Below, in pieces: positions 10,753 through 23,166 of a stretch of 64,000 nucleotides of DNA. The notes under the pieces were generated by a model that saw only the letters and a program-made list of their open reading frames with translations, was not told the origin of the DNA and made no database searches. A program made the position numbers and the translations under genes. How positions within the stretch are numbered: the first letter of the stretch is position 1; each line of letters opens with the position of its first letter. This DNA comes from Dendrobates tinctorius (taxonomy: Eukaryota). The DNA is taken from positions 8,060,001-8,124,000 of the forward strand of contig NW_027361891.1 of NCBI RefSeq assembly GCF_039654945.1, in the 5' to 3' direction.

Positions 10753-13095
10753 ATTTTTATTTAGAAACTTATTAAACCAAGTCCACGTTATGAACTCCCT
10801 TGCAAGGGAGTGTAAACTAACATTTTAACATACATTCAATAATAATAATTTCAAATAATATAAGGGAAGGCAGGACATAGACAGGGGTAGGGAAAGGCAC
10901 ATAGGATTTAATTATAGAATATCCAATAATCTATAATGGTATTGTCAATAACCAATCCAGGGCGTTTAAAGCGGTTATGCAACCCACTATTGTAGGATCA
11001 TATATGAATCCTGTCCCAGGCCGTGACCAGTTCCCAATTGGCTACAGAGAGAGCCTTAGTGCTTGATCCAGTCGATATCTGAGTGAAGCTCCATCCAGGG
11101 ATGCCAAATCCTGAAGAAAGAATCCCATGTGTCGGTTCTAGTTGCTTCTAAACTTTCACATAACATAATGTCGTTCATCTTCTCTTTCACCATAGATATT
11201 GACAGTGAGGTCAACTTCCATTTTGCCGCAATGTGGATTTTAGTGGCCTTACATAAGTAGTTTACTAGCTTCTGAGAGCTTTTTGGAAGTTGGGAAGGCC
11301 TGGTTCCCAGTAAAAGGGTAGAAGGTTCCAGAACAACCGGTCTACCATACATCTGTGCTATCAGACATTTCACCTTCTCCCAAAGCCCAGAAACCACCGT
11401 ACAAGACCACCAAATATGTTTCATGTCACCAGATTATCCACAGCCCTTAAAACAGTCTCCCGAGACGTTAGGAAAGATGCTATGAATTTTTTCCGGTACA
11501 TAATAGACTGTGCAATAGTTTTAAGGAGGTCTCCACAGCTGTCATACCATTCATCAATTGACTGTTCAAACCTCAGATCCTCCTCCCATTGTAACATATA
11601 CTTCTTCAATTTTTTATCATTTTGTGGAGAATTTATAGCATAGTAGGTCAATGAAATTGTTCCCCTGCCCAAAGGGTCATTTAGACATTTATTTTCAAAA
11701 CTCGTTGCCCTGAGAGTAGTACCGCTCGGGAGGATCTGCTTTGCAAAGTGGAAGATCTGGTTCAATCACATTACCTCCCTAACTGGAGGTTCAAATTTTT
11801 GAACAAATTCTTGTCTGTCAAGTAATATATTAAATGGGGAACACAAATGTTTAAGTATACGAGAACCCTTCAGCTTCCACCAAGAAAAAATTTGTGACTC
11901 AAGGCCTGTCGGGAACATGGGGTTTTGTAATATAGCTGTCAGGGGAGAAGGGCTTGATTGTAAGTTATATTTAAACCGACTTTCCTCCAAAGAAGCAAAG
12001 AGTGGACTGTAAAAGGAACCACATTCATTAACCCCCGTGGAAGTTGGTCTGTGGTTCACATTAGGCGTGATAAAGAGAATGGTTTAGAGAGAAACGATTC
12101 CAGAATAACCCATCTCGGACTATTGGGATATGAACACGTACTTATTAATTGAGCAATCTGTGCCGACTTGTAATAGTGTAAAATTAGGGAGGGATAAACC
12201 CCCTTCTTTTCTGTGACGGAACATAAGTTTTTGCGCAATTCTGGGTTGTCTTCCTAGCCAAAGAAACTTAGACATCATAGAGTGTAAATGAGTGAACGTT
12301 CTGGCTGGTACCATAATTGGGAGGGACCTAAATAGATATAAGTAGCGAGGCAGTGATTCCATTTTTAATGCATGTATTCTGCCGAGCCAGGATAACTTTG
12401 AGGAAGCCCATCTATCCAGGTCTCTCTGGAAGTTTTGGATCAGTGGAGTGTAATTCCACCTAAACAGAGTTGACCTGTTGTCTGTAAAGTTGACACCCAG
12501 ATATGTTAGATAATGTTCTTTGTGTATAAACCCAAAATGGGATGCTATATTAGTTTGCACTGTCTTAGGAAAATTTATAAATAATGCTTCGGACTTATCA
12601 ATGTTAGGCTGTGTGCCCACGTAGCGTTTTTTAAGCGTTTCTGCATAGCTTTTAGACAAGCGATTCTGCTGCAGAAACGCTTAAGAAAAGCATCCAATTG
12701 ATTTTTAATGAAAAACGCACATGTGCCAATGGTGCATTTTTAACCGCTGCGGAAACGCTTAGCAATTAAAAACGCAGCATGTTCATTAATTTTGCGGCAT
12801 CACATACCATCAGTTATATGGGCAAACACGCTTAGGAAAACGGATGCAAAAACTCTTGACAAAAGCGTGTTTAAAAAACGCATGCGTTTTCCCGGGAGCA
12901 GGGTGTGCGATTCTGCTCAGGTTTATTCTGCTTCAGAATCGCTACGTGGGCGCACAGCCTAAATCTTTCACCCTGAGTTCTTCTCAAATTCGTGAAGGAG
13001 AGAAAACAAGTGAGGGAGAGTAGTGTGGGGACTTATTAATGTTAGCAGGAGATCATCTGCAAAGAGGCTGACTTTATATTGGTTTCCCATATTCT
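10753..13095 (-). mobile_element. 5'-truncated, decayed L1-clade LINE (ORF2 RT C-terminus to 3' UTR)
   Basis: VSLFADDLLL at ~13050; YLGV, LSWLGRI, GGL.LP and HIWWSC fragments with stops and frameshifts; A-rich tail near 10755. Confidence 0.85.
12607..12959. mobile_element. Harbinger-type MITE inserted in the L1
   Basis: TIRs ggctgtgtgcccacgtagcg / cgctacgtgggcgcacagcc, flanked by tta and taa. Confidence 0.8.
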
Positions 13096-13193
13096 TAGGG
13101 CCCAGATTATTACACTTTTAGACTGTTTTGGTTTACTCGTTAGGTTCTAGCTGACAGACTTAATAATATACATTTGTTCTCTTCCCTTTTTAG

Positions 13194-13282
13194 CTGGTAG
13201 TAGATTGGCTGGAAAGTATTGCCAAGGATGATGTCGGTGATTTCTCTGAGAATATTGAGTTTTATGCTAAAGCAGTATACTG
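13194..13282 (+). CDS. NUP107: NUP107 internal exon ([30 protein letters not shown])
   Basis: Polypyrimidine-tag acceptor and gtatgt donor; 89 nt, phase 0/2. Contains the characteristic [12 protein letters not shown] motif. Confidence 0.96.
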
Positions 13283-13322
13283 GTATGTAAAATATAAAAG
13301 TGGACGACATCACTGTTATTAA

Positions 13323-14030
13323 CCCCTAGTTACTGTGTCCATTTTGGCCTTTGTGACCAAGCTACAATTCTGACATGTCACTTTATCACTGGAATGCTTC
13401 TGTACATCCCAGTAATTGAGTCAGTTTTTCATGACACATTGTACTTAGTCAGTGGTAAATTTTGATCATGTTTTTTTTTTTTTATGAAAATTTAGAAAAG
13501 ACACGAGTTTTCAATCTTTCAAAGTTTATATCCTTAACTGTTTTGTTTATAATGCACAGTAAAGTTATAAAATGTCTGTCTACATTAGGGCAGCATCACT
13601 TTTCAAATGTCCTTTTATTTTGTTCGAAAGGGATAAAAAAAAAATGCTGCTAAAATTTTTCCTATTAAATGTACAAAATCTGATTTTTTTTTTTTTTGGA
13701 CCTATTCAATTATAAAGTGTCTTCTGAAATAACATTTTAACAGCCGCACCCCTCAGTTTATTAAAAACTGCTGTCAGGATGTTTAAGTCTTCAGGTTGCA
13801 TCACAAGAATTTGCTCAAAGTGGAATGAAAACAAAATATTAATGCACCCTAAATTTTTCATGTTCACAAGGGATAATAGGGGAAAATGGACCCCACAATA
13901 TATTGCTCAATTTCTCCCAAATGTGGCACTAGTCCTATAAAAGCAGAATCCCTCTCCTCCACAAATGACCTTATTTTGGAAACTAAACCCCTCAAGAAAT
14001 TCACGAGTGCCTTTTTTTTTTTTTTCAAAA
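13323..14030. mobile_element. Decayed one-ended copy of the TTAA/piggyBac-like family
   Basis: Starts ttaa|cccct and follows the sequence at 32356-33090 and the internal repeat (ttttggaaacta.acccc). Confidence 0.6.
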
Positions 14031-14398
14031 GCGCATTCATTAGCAAAAGTCACAATTAGTCCTCTAGTTTCCCTAAATAGCCTTCTTTCCTGGCGAAACT
14101 CAGGTCCGAAATACAGAACAGGATTCCGCAAGCCTTCCGAGCCATAAGTTCTGTGAAAATGCACAATCGAGATCTCCCTGTAACTCAATGCTGCCATATA
14201 TTTAGTAAGTTGCTGCCAAACAGTAACCACATAATGTTGTTCAGTAACCACTTGGTATAGTATTTGGCAGTGCTGGGTTAGTGCAAAGATGGAAATCTTG
14301 TGACAACTTGAAATATCTTGATCTTTCACAACAAGGAGAGACATGGAGTTATGTGGGATTCTGCTATGCATGCCATGATCTGACAGTCTGGAGACTTA

Positions 14399-14787
14399 AG
14401 GTACTGTCACACTAACCAATATCGCTAGCAATATCGCTATAACTTGTGACGCTATAGCGATATTGCTAGCGACATCGCTGTGTCTGATACTTACCTACGA
14501 CCCGCTCCCCCGCTGGTTATAGCTGATCGCGCGAGAACGTCCTGGACCGCTTCTCGTCGTCAGCTTCCTGCGGCGCTTCCTGTGTAGACGAGCGTGGACG
14601 CGGGCGGGAGGACGTCAGGATCGCCTAGTGTGACAGGTAAGGAGCGACCCCCGTCCCCAGCGATGTCGCTGGTGAGATCTGCCTGTGTGGCAGCTCACTA
14701 GCGACCACTTAGCGATGTACCAGCGATCCTGACCGCGTCATATCGCTGGTCGGGATCGCTGGCACATCGCTAAGTGTGACAGTACCT
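14399..14787. mobile_element. Harbinger-type MITE
   Basis: TIRs aggtactgtcacact / agtgtgacagtacct; TTA duplication; internal atcgct repeats. Confidence 0.8.
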
Positions 14788-14862
14788 TTAGACCTGACTT
14801 TTTCTAGAAAGTCTGGTCTTTTAGGGGGAACATTATCTTTGTACTTTGTTAGCCAGTAGATT

Positions 14863-15088
14863 GAAGAATATTTAGAATTTAGAGTCCTCAGTGGTTGATA
14901 CTTTTTAATGGCTAAGTGAAAAGATGGTAACAAATTGCAAAGCTTTTGAGACTACTCAAGTCTCTTCATCAGGTTTGACCTGATGAAGAGACCTGAGTAG
15001 TCTCGAAAGCTTGCAATTTGTTACCATCTTTTCAGTTAGCCATTAAAAGGCATCAACCACTGAGGACTCTGAATTCTAAATATTCTTC
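14863..15088. repeat. Foldback with ~110-bp arms, Penelope-like, carrying hammerhead core motifs
   Basis: Near-perfect inverted repeat around tttga (14974-14978). The right arm reads ctgatga-a-gagac..gtctc-gaaa-gctt. Confidence 0.7.
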
Positions 15089-15539
15089 TACCATCAGTTT
15101 GTCATCCGTGATTTCCACATATAGATAAACAAATTACAAAGCTGCTCCTCTCCACTGCAATGTTAATCAAGGACAACAAACAGGCACACTGACATCCTTG
15201 TGCTGTTAGTGATTATCACCGACCCATAGACTTGGATTGGTACTTGTCATCTGTAATGCCAGTAAAAAAATGTACATTTCTCTGTGATCTTTGCACGGAC
15301 ACACGGTCTGCAAAAAAAAAAAAAAAACGTGGACATGTGAGCAGCTTAGACCAGTGGTGGCCAATTGATTTTTTCGAGGGGGCACTTGAGAGACCATGAC
15401 TGTTGTGGAGGGCCGAACCAATAGCTTGAAATTAATTCTACTCAATATTTATTAATATTGTATCACTTAATATTGAGCAGAATTAAGTATGCTGACACGC
15501 CCCTATATACAGCATGAGCCTCACACAGCCTACTACATA

Positions 15540-15637
15540 TAATAATAATAATAATCTTTTTATATAGCGCTAACATATTCCGCAGTGTTTAACAGTTTGC
15601 ACACATTATCAGCACTGTCCCCGATGGGGCTCACAAT
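15540..15637 (-). mobile_element. L2/SINE 3' tail fragment
   Basis: (aat)n followed by tatagcgc..acatattccgcag, the same tail as the L2 at 21928. Confidence 0.6.
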
Positions 15638-15644
15638 ACATATG

Positions 15645-16400
15645 CGGCATGAGTCCCACACAGCCTCCCTATATACGGCATGAGCCCCACACAGCCTCCC
15701 CACGTACGGCACGAGCCCCCACACAGCCTCCCCACGTACGGCATGAGCGCCCCACACAGCCTCCCCACGTACGGCATGAGCGCCCCACACAGCCTCCCCA
15801 CGTACGGCATGAGCGCCCCACACAGCCTCCCCACGTACGGCATGAGCGCCCCACACAGCCTCCCCACGTACGGCATGAGCGCCCCACACAGCCTCCCCAC
15901 GTACGGCATGAGCGCCCCACACAGCCTCCCCACGTACGGCATGAGCGCCCCACACAGCCTCCCCACGTACGGCATGAGCGCCCCACACAGCCTCCCCACG
16001 TACGGCATGAGCGCCCCACACAGCCTCCCCACGTACGGCATGAGCCCCCACACAGCCTCCCCACGTACGGCATGAGCCCCCACACAGCCTCCCCACGTAC
16101 GGCATGAGCCCCCACACAGCCTCCCCACGTACGGCATGAGCCCCCACACAGCCTCTCCACTAACGGCACGAGCGCCCACACAGCCTCTCCACTAACGGCA
16201 CGAGCGCTCCACACAGCCTCTCCACTAACGGCACGAGCGCCCCACACAGCCTCCCCACGTACGGCACGAGCGCCCCACACAGCCTCCCCACGTACAGCAC
16301 GAGCACCCCACAAAGCCTCCCCACGTACGGCACGAGCGCCCCACACAGCCTCCCCACGTATGGCATGAGTGCCCCACACAGCCTTCCCATAGCCTCCCCA
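15645..16400. repeat. 32/33-bp minisatellite (gcatgagcgccccacacagcctccccacgtacg)n, roughly 22 copies
   Basis: Direct tandem repeat without spacers, inside the hAT-type element. Confidence 0.95.
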
Positions 16401-17495
16401 TGTGCTGTACGTCACCCCCATAGAATCACCATGTTCACCCCCATAGAATCCCCATGAAAAAAAAAAAAACTACATACTTGCCTCGGTCCCGTTCCCAGGC
16501 GCCCTGCTTCTGCTGCTGTCTCCAATGCGTTGACTCTACGGCGGTACACAGCTGACGCGATGAAATGACGTCATCGTGTCAGCTGTTTCAGACACTGACT
16601 GGTGGAGGAAGTGGCCAGAGGGCCCTCCTCCACCAATGCTTTCTGCGCCTAGGGAGACAGCGAGCGGGCGGCACGGTGTGGCCGGCGGACCTCAGGTTTC
16701 CAGCCCCACAGCTGTCTCGGTCCACGGGCCAGACTGAGACAGCCAGATGCCCAGGTCTGGCTTAGACAACTAGAATATGTAAAAATCATTGATGGAACAC
16801 GTATGTGAAAAATGGACTTCTGAATGAGGCTACTTAAACCTTTCTTAAATGAAAAGAGCAACCCCTAACTGGTTTTGGGTAGTTTTTAAAGAGGACCTTT
16901 CACTGGGTCAAAAATAGCCTGCTTTTTGCTCTCACTTTATTCCTCATGCTCTCCTCCGTATTCCACTTTTTTCCATAAATATAGCCTTTTTATTTAGTGC
17001 TATGTTTTATGGTCTTTATGAAGGGTTGTTAATTGCAGAGCAGCCTAGACCTGTGGCCCCAGAGAATCTTGTTAGCCATGTCCCCTTGTTAAAGATTTCT
17101 AAAAATCCGCACTGAAGTCCAACATCTATACAAGCAAATTGTGGATTTTAGAACAGAAAAAAGCTGAATGCTTGGAAGCGTGATAACACAGAGGGGATTT
17201 GCCTTGAATGGAGTGGTGTCGGCTCCCGAACCCACTCCCTACACATCCAGTGTCTGCAGTATATAGAAGGGGTTACTAAATCATTTTGAGTCTGTAATAG
17301 TCTATTGACATTTGACTGAGATCTTTTACAGTGCACACATCCTGCAGTACTGGTCATGCAGGCAAGAGGGCATCGGCACTTCTGTGGTTAGAGATAGGGA
17401 TATTTTTTAGCCACTTATGCACTTATAACCTACTTTGCCTGAGAAATAAGATGTTTAACCTTTGGTAACCAAGCTTTCATTTGTTTTGTCTTTAG

Positions 17496-17571
17496 GGAAA
17501 ATACCCTACACACACTAAAACAGAAAAGCTTTTCAGTACTGGGGAGCAAGCGACCATTAGTCACAGAACTG
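17496..17571 (+). CDS. NUP107: NUP107 internal exon (W-ENTLHTLKQKSFSVLGSKRPLVTEL)
   Basis: tttag| acceptor and |gtatgt donor; 76 nt. Completes the TG|G Trp codon; WENTLHTLKQ motif. Confidence 0.96.
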
Positions 17572-17673
17572 GTATGTATAAACCAGTCATCGAATTTTAA
17601 CATATGGAATGTGCTTTCTCTAAAATAAGGTATCATCAAGGTATCAAAAAAGCTCTGACAGGTTAAATAAGTT

Positions 17674-18521
17674 AACTCAAATTCTGACTAACCTAAAATA
17701 TACAATCGAACGAAGAGATCCATTTAATAATATAATACTTTATTGGTAACAGGATAAAAACCATATTGAAAAAAGCAAGATGAGCTAAAAGTAGCAGAGT
17801 GCCCAGTAGAGGGGGTTCAATGCGTGTGTCCTGTTTAAAAGGGTGTATAATATGTTAATATATACAGTAAATAGTATAAAGATGATAACCACCCAAATAA
17901 TGATTAAGGCTAATGAAAAAGAAATACACTCCTAAATAGATGATAAAGGTCTGTAATTATCAGAATAGAGTGAGGTATCCTTATGAAGAAGCTGAAATTG
18001 TCAAATGTGCGTCGGGGTGAGGGGGGAACATCGGGTCTGTTCTGCAGGTAATACTTTTTGACCTTTCACTGAGGTAATGATCATTTGCAGCTTATACCTA
18101 CTGGTTATTTAACATGTATGGTGCATTATAATCCTGACTGATGTTTTTGTAAGCTGTATTTTCCCTACATAGGGATACCTCACTCTATTCTGAATATTAC
18201 AGAAAGACGCTTTTTAGCCATATCTTCAACTTGTATATTGGTGTCCTTTATGATCTGAGTGTATTTCTTTTTCTTTGGTCTTAATCATTATTTGGGTGAT
18301 TATTATATTTATACTATTTACTGTATGTATTAACATATTATACACCCTTTTACACATGACACACACAATGAACCCCCTAGTGGGCACTCTGCTACTTTTA
18401 GCTCATCTTGTTTTTTTCTGATCTTTTAATATGGTTTTTATCCTGTTGCCAATAAAGCATTGTATTATTAAAAGGATCTTATCGTTCGGCTGTAAATTTT
18501 AGGATAGTCCGAATTTGAGTT
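17674..18521. repeat. Imperfect inverted repeat with ~310-350-bp arms
   Basis: 17674-17985 is the diverged reverse complement of ~18168-18521 (e.g. caagatgagctaaaagtagcagagtgccc vs gggcactctgctacttttagctcatcttg). Confidence 0.85.
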
Positions 18522-20218
18522 GATTTGTTTGAAGTGCCATTATATCTATATTTATATTTTGGACCCATTTGTATTGAATCAGGTTAAAGACTTGGAGAGC
18601 TTCTTCTCATACCACTCGCTTGTCCCCCATAAAATAATAAAGCTTATACACACCTCCCATGCTGGTGCCGTGATTGTGTCGGCTCCTCGGGCTCCCGTGC
18701 TGCTGTTGTGACACGTGACGCCGGCTCTCGATCAGGACTGGCGGTCACTCTCCCCGCCGCCTTTCGTATTGAGCAGGAAGAGGAAGTCCAAGATCAGCTA
18801 CAGCCCGGACATCATCTTCATGATCGATCTGTCCGATGGTAGGGACAGTGACACCAGCGGCACGAGAGCCTCGGGGAGAGGGAACGGAACGGCGCCTGCA
18901 AGGGAGGTGAGTACAGGCTTTATTTTATCCATGCCAAACATTTGGATCTAGAAGTGGTAGTGGAAACTCCTTTAACTTTAAAACATTAATGCATAACTGA
19001 TATTTGAGCAACTGTGCTGTTGTAATTCCTCATCCTTTTCAAGATATTTTCCTGAGAACAAGTCTTTTTTTTTTTCTTTTTTTTTTAATATTCAGGGACT
19101 GGAAACTTTCACATAATTAGTACTGCTCTGAACCGAATAGTGTATATTGATCAGGAATAGCAGCGTTTTGGACTCTGCTAACCTCCCTGCATCCAAAATG
19201 CTGTATTTTACATTAGAGGCACAGTGGAGGGGATTTATAGAAATGCCATGCCCACTGTGCTTCTAATTATATAAACTGCATAAACTTGCCCACGGTGCTG
19301 GTTTACAAGCCGTAGCATGTCAATTTGACAGAAATTTTCACAATAGAATGTATTGGATGCGATAAATCCACACGGTTCAGTGATCACATGCAGATTTACC
19401 TGTGTGATTAGAACGCATCATTTTGGACGCAGCGAAAATACTCTGAATCCAAAGTGCTGCTACTTCCTGATCTTGGCCACGTACCCTAAGATGTAGCTGC
19501 TTGTGTGTTCGTGTTTTATTTTGCAGTACAGACTATTTAGCATCCAGTCTAGGTAATCTGTGACCCATTGTGACAGCTAATAGGCATCTGTTCTCATTCA
19601 AGCATAGCAAACAAGTGTCTTGAAAATTAGAAACATTTGTAGATGAAAAACCTCTTGAAACTTGCACAATTTTGAAAAACATTCTCATATGGTGTCTATT
19701 GAGCTCTGAAAAGCTTGTCCTGTGTAAGATTTCAACAGGAATTACACAATCCATTTATCTTATGGTGGTGCTGCACATCGCCAAATATTATGTATATATT
19801 ATAATTTTGAATACTCCCTGCATGGTTCCCCAGAGATTACAGCTGTATACTATGTCTCGGCAGGGGGTCTTAATCATGCCTTTAGATTCTCATCCCTTCC
19901 TTTTCTTCTGCTACCTATTATTGCTTATATCAGAACTGGACACTTGACCCTCTTGTTTATATTATTTTTATCGTAATTACTAAAAACTCTATTATTTAGA
20001 TGCACTTTTGCTTTTACTTATTTAGTTACAACAGGGTTTTGCTCATTTTGTCCTTTGCAGGTTTTATGTTTTATGGCCAATGTCAACATGCATTTATATG
20101 CTACATGTGTATCAACTCAAACCAAGCTCAATTTTTGTGTTTATTTTTATAGTAATGCAGACTTCTACACATCAGTAAAAAAATGCCTTTTTTATTATTT
20201 CCTTTAAACTTGCCATAG

Positions 20219-20332
20219 GATCCTGATGCTCCCATAAGACAGAAACTTCCCTTGGATGATCTTGATCGTGAGGATGACATCAGACTTCTGAAGTATCTGT
20301 TCACCTTGATCAGAGCTGGCATGACTGATGAG
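20219..20332 (+). CDS. NUP107: NUP107 internal exon ([38 protein letters not shown])
   Basis: catag| acceptor and |gtagat donor; 114 nt, phase 0/0. Contains the Nup84/Nup107 (L)DPDAPIR motif. Confidence 0.97.
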
Positions 20333-20946
20333 GTAGATCTTTAAAATTGAGTTGCACAGAATATAATCCCATAATGTTAGACTTGGGATAGAAGCAACAT
20401 GTTTTTCACAAATCAGCTTGGCTTTCAGTTTAATATTTGTGAAGTTTTACAGGTGAATCTGCGGTTTACACGCAGAATCTTACCATCATTGTTAGTCAGT
20501 TTGAAAACTTTATCACCAATACAAAAAAGACTATAACTACAAACGATGGAGGCTATAATGCAAATGAAAAAACAATCTTTATTATAAGGCAGACCTTAAC
20601 ATGAGTGCACACAAGGTGGCGACAAGCAGCAGGAAGAGATATAGTATACATACGTAGGTCAAAAGGTTTATAATATGTACAGGGCCAACGTCCCCACCTG
20701 GGCAAGTGCCCGGGGCCCTGAGCAAGCGTGAGGGGGCACTTGCCATCGGGGACACCAGCACAATATGGTGCCTGTTATCATTCCCTGTTGGTCACAGGTC
20801 CAGTGTCTTTTGACTCTCAAATCTCAGGGCAGAGAGTGCAATGATGTCGCTACAGCGTGCTGAGCAGTGCAGAGCCAGAATAGGCTGAAGGCACCAGAGC
20901 TGCACCCAGCAGGGAAGGGGAGAGGTAAGGATTTCAAACAGTTTAA

Positions 20947-21260
20947 AGGAAATCTGTCACCTATTTTTTCGAGTATCAGCTGCCGGCACTGCCATCAGGG
21001 GCTTATCTACAGCATTCTGCAATGCTGTAGATAAGCCCCCGATGTAACCTGAAAGATAAGAAAAATGAGTTATATTATACTCACCCAGGGGCGGTCCAGT
21101 TTTGGTCTGATGGGTGTTGCGGTCCGGTCCGGCGCCTCCCATCTCCCAATGGTGACGTCCTCTTCTTTGCTTCCTGTTGTGGCTCCTGCGCAGGCGCACT
21201 GCTCTGCCCTGTTGAGGGCAGAGCAGAGTACTGCAGTGCGCAGGCGCCGGGAGAGGTCTG
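20947..21260. mobile_element. Partial TTAA-flanked (T2/Kolobok-like) MITE
   Basis: ttaa|aggaaatctgtcacc terminus and the internal palindrome ggggcttatctacagcatt..aatgctgtagataagcccc. Other end not found. Confidence 0.45.
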
Positions 21261-21499
21261 GTGCATCAAAACTCCAACTTGTTGTGTTCGACGCAGGTCG
21301 CCGCATCGTCAAAACAACGCATGCGGAGGCATCCGCATACATCCGCACGGCCTGCGTACCCAATGCTAAAGATAGGTACGCAGGCTGCATGTGGACATAG
21401 GCGGAGCTGATCGGAGGAGGTGCGGCAATGGGCAGAGCTTCACGAGGAGGAAGTCCGCAGCCCTCCGCAGCTTGGCCATCCGCAAATGTGAACCTAGCC

Positions 21500-21890
21500 T
21501 TAAGTTTCATACAGTGGATGCAGACTTTATACACATGGTATGGGGATGTCCAGTTATCCTGTCTTTTTGGAACAAGGCAACCTCGTTGTTGACCTCTCTT
21601 GTACATACTCCCATCCCTTTGAATACATTAGTGTGCTTATTTGGTGTGCTGGAGGAAGAGATGTGGGGACACCATGTTACAATCTTTCTGAGAGAGACAC
21701 TTTTCTTAGTGAGGAAAATATTAGCCTTACGCTGGATGGGTAATATGCATCCATCTCTCAGGGCCTGGATTGAGTTAGTAAACTCAATTATACCTTATGA
21801 GCGAACATTATACCAGAATAGGGCTGCTTAGGGAAATTTAATAAAATTGGGTATATGGAACTCATCGCACCTCACTATAGCATCACGTAG
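21500..21890 (+). mobile_element. L1-clade ORF2 C-terminal fragment
   Basis: DADFIHMVWGCPV...FW motif (tail of the L1 zinc-knuckle region). Confidence 0.65.
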
Positions 21891-21927
21891 TTAATGACCT
21901 AGCTCCAATATGATATAGTGGTAAAGT

Positions 21928-23066
21928 AATAATAATAAATTTTATTTTTATAGCGCCGACATATTCCGCAGACAATAGACATTACAGCATAACAATAATC
22001 ACATACAGTAGATTATAACAAATAACAAGAGGAGTGAGGGCCCTGCTCGCAAGCTTACAGTCTATGAGGAAAGAGGTAGACACGAAAGTTGGGTGGTAAC
22101 AGTTGCTCTGATTGTATGGACCAGCCATAATGTTAAGTGTGTAACAGTACAGACACAGAGGGCTAATGGATGCATAAAGCATGTGGGAACATGATGCTGG
22201 GAACCTGGTTATGGTAAAAATTTTGGCTCTGCCACACAGGGATAGGTTAGGTTAATGTGTTGAGGCGATAGGCCAGTCTGAATAAATGCGTTTTCAGGAC
22301 ACGCTTAAAATTGTGGGGATTGGGGACTAATCGTATTGACCTGGGAAGTGCATCCAAAGAATTGGCGCGGCACGTGTAAAGTCTTGGAGACGGGAGTGGG
22401 AGGTTCTGACTATTGAGGATACTATCTTCAAGTCATCAGCAGAACGGAGGGCGCGGGTAGGGTGGTATACTGAAACAAGGGAGGAGATGTAGGGTGATGC
22501 TGAGCCATGGAGGGCTTTGTGGTTGAGGGTAATAAGTTTATACTGAATTCTGGAGTGGATGGGTAGCCAGTGTAATGACTGGCACAAGGTAGAGGCATCG
22601 GTGTAACGATTGGTGAGGAATATGATCCTGGCTGCAGCATTCAAGACAGATTGGAGAGGGGAGAGTTTGGTAAGAGGGAGACCGATTAGAAGAGAGTTAC
22701 AATAGTCGAGACGAGAATGAATAAGAGAAACAGTAAGAGTTTTTGCAGAGTCAAAAGTAAGAAAAGGTCGAATTCTAGAAATGTTTTTGAGGTGCAGATG
22801 ACAAGAGCGAGCCAGTGATCGAATGTGGGGGGCAAAGGAAAGCTCGGAATCAAGTATGACCCCAAGACAGCGGGCATGTTGCTGGGGAGTAATAGTGGAA
22901 CCACACACAGAAATGGCAATGTCGGGTATAGGTGCATTAGTAGCGGGAGGAAACACCAGGAGTTCAGTCTTTGACAGGTTCAGTTTCAGATATAGTGAGG
23001 ACATGATATTAGACACAGCGTTTAGACAATCGCCAGTGTTTTCTAGAAAGGCTGGCGTGATGTCAG
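21928..23066 (-). mobile_element. 5'-truncated L2-clade LINE
   Basis: LKLNLSKTELL, CLGVILDSELSF, SRLDYCNSLL and LHWLPI motifs; 3' tail ctgcggaatatgt.ggcgctata...(tta)n. Confidence 0.88.
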
Positions 23067-23086
23067 TATACATTGTATACTGTGTG

Positions 23087-23162
<76 letters not shown>

Positions 23163-23166
23163 CATA

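Larger units (their letters stand above)
15352..16759. mobile_element. hAT-type non-autonomous element
   Basis: CAG...CTG termini and an exact 8-bp TSD gcttagac (15344-15351, 16760-16767). Confidence 0.75.

Noticed and set aside
15645-16400. 33-bp repeats as a CRISPR array or a repeat-protein gene
   Set aside because: The units are directly adjacent with no unique spacers. ORFs in several frames are artefacts of a stop-free repeat unit.
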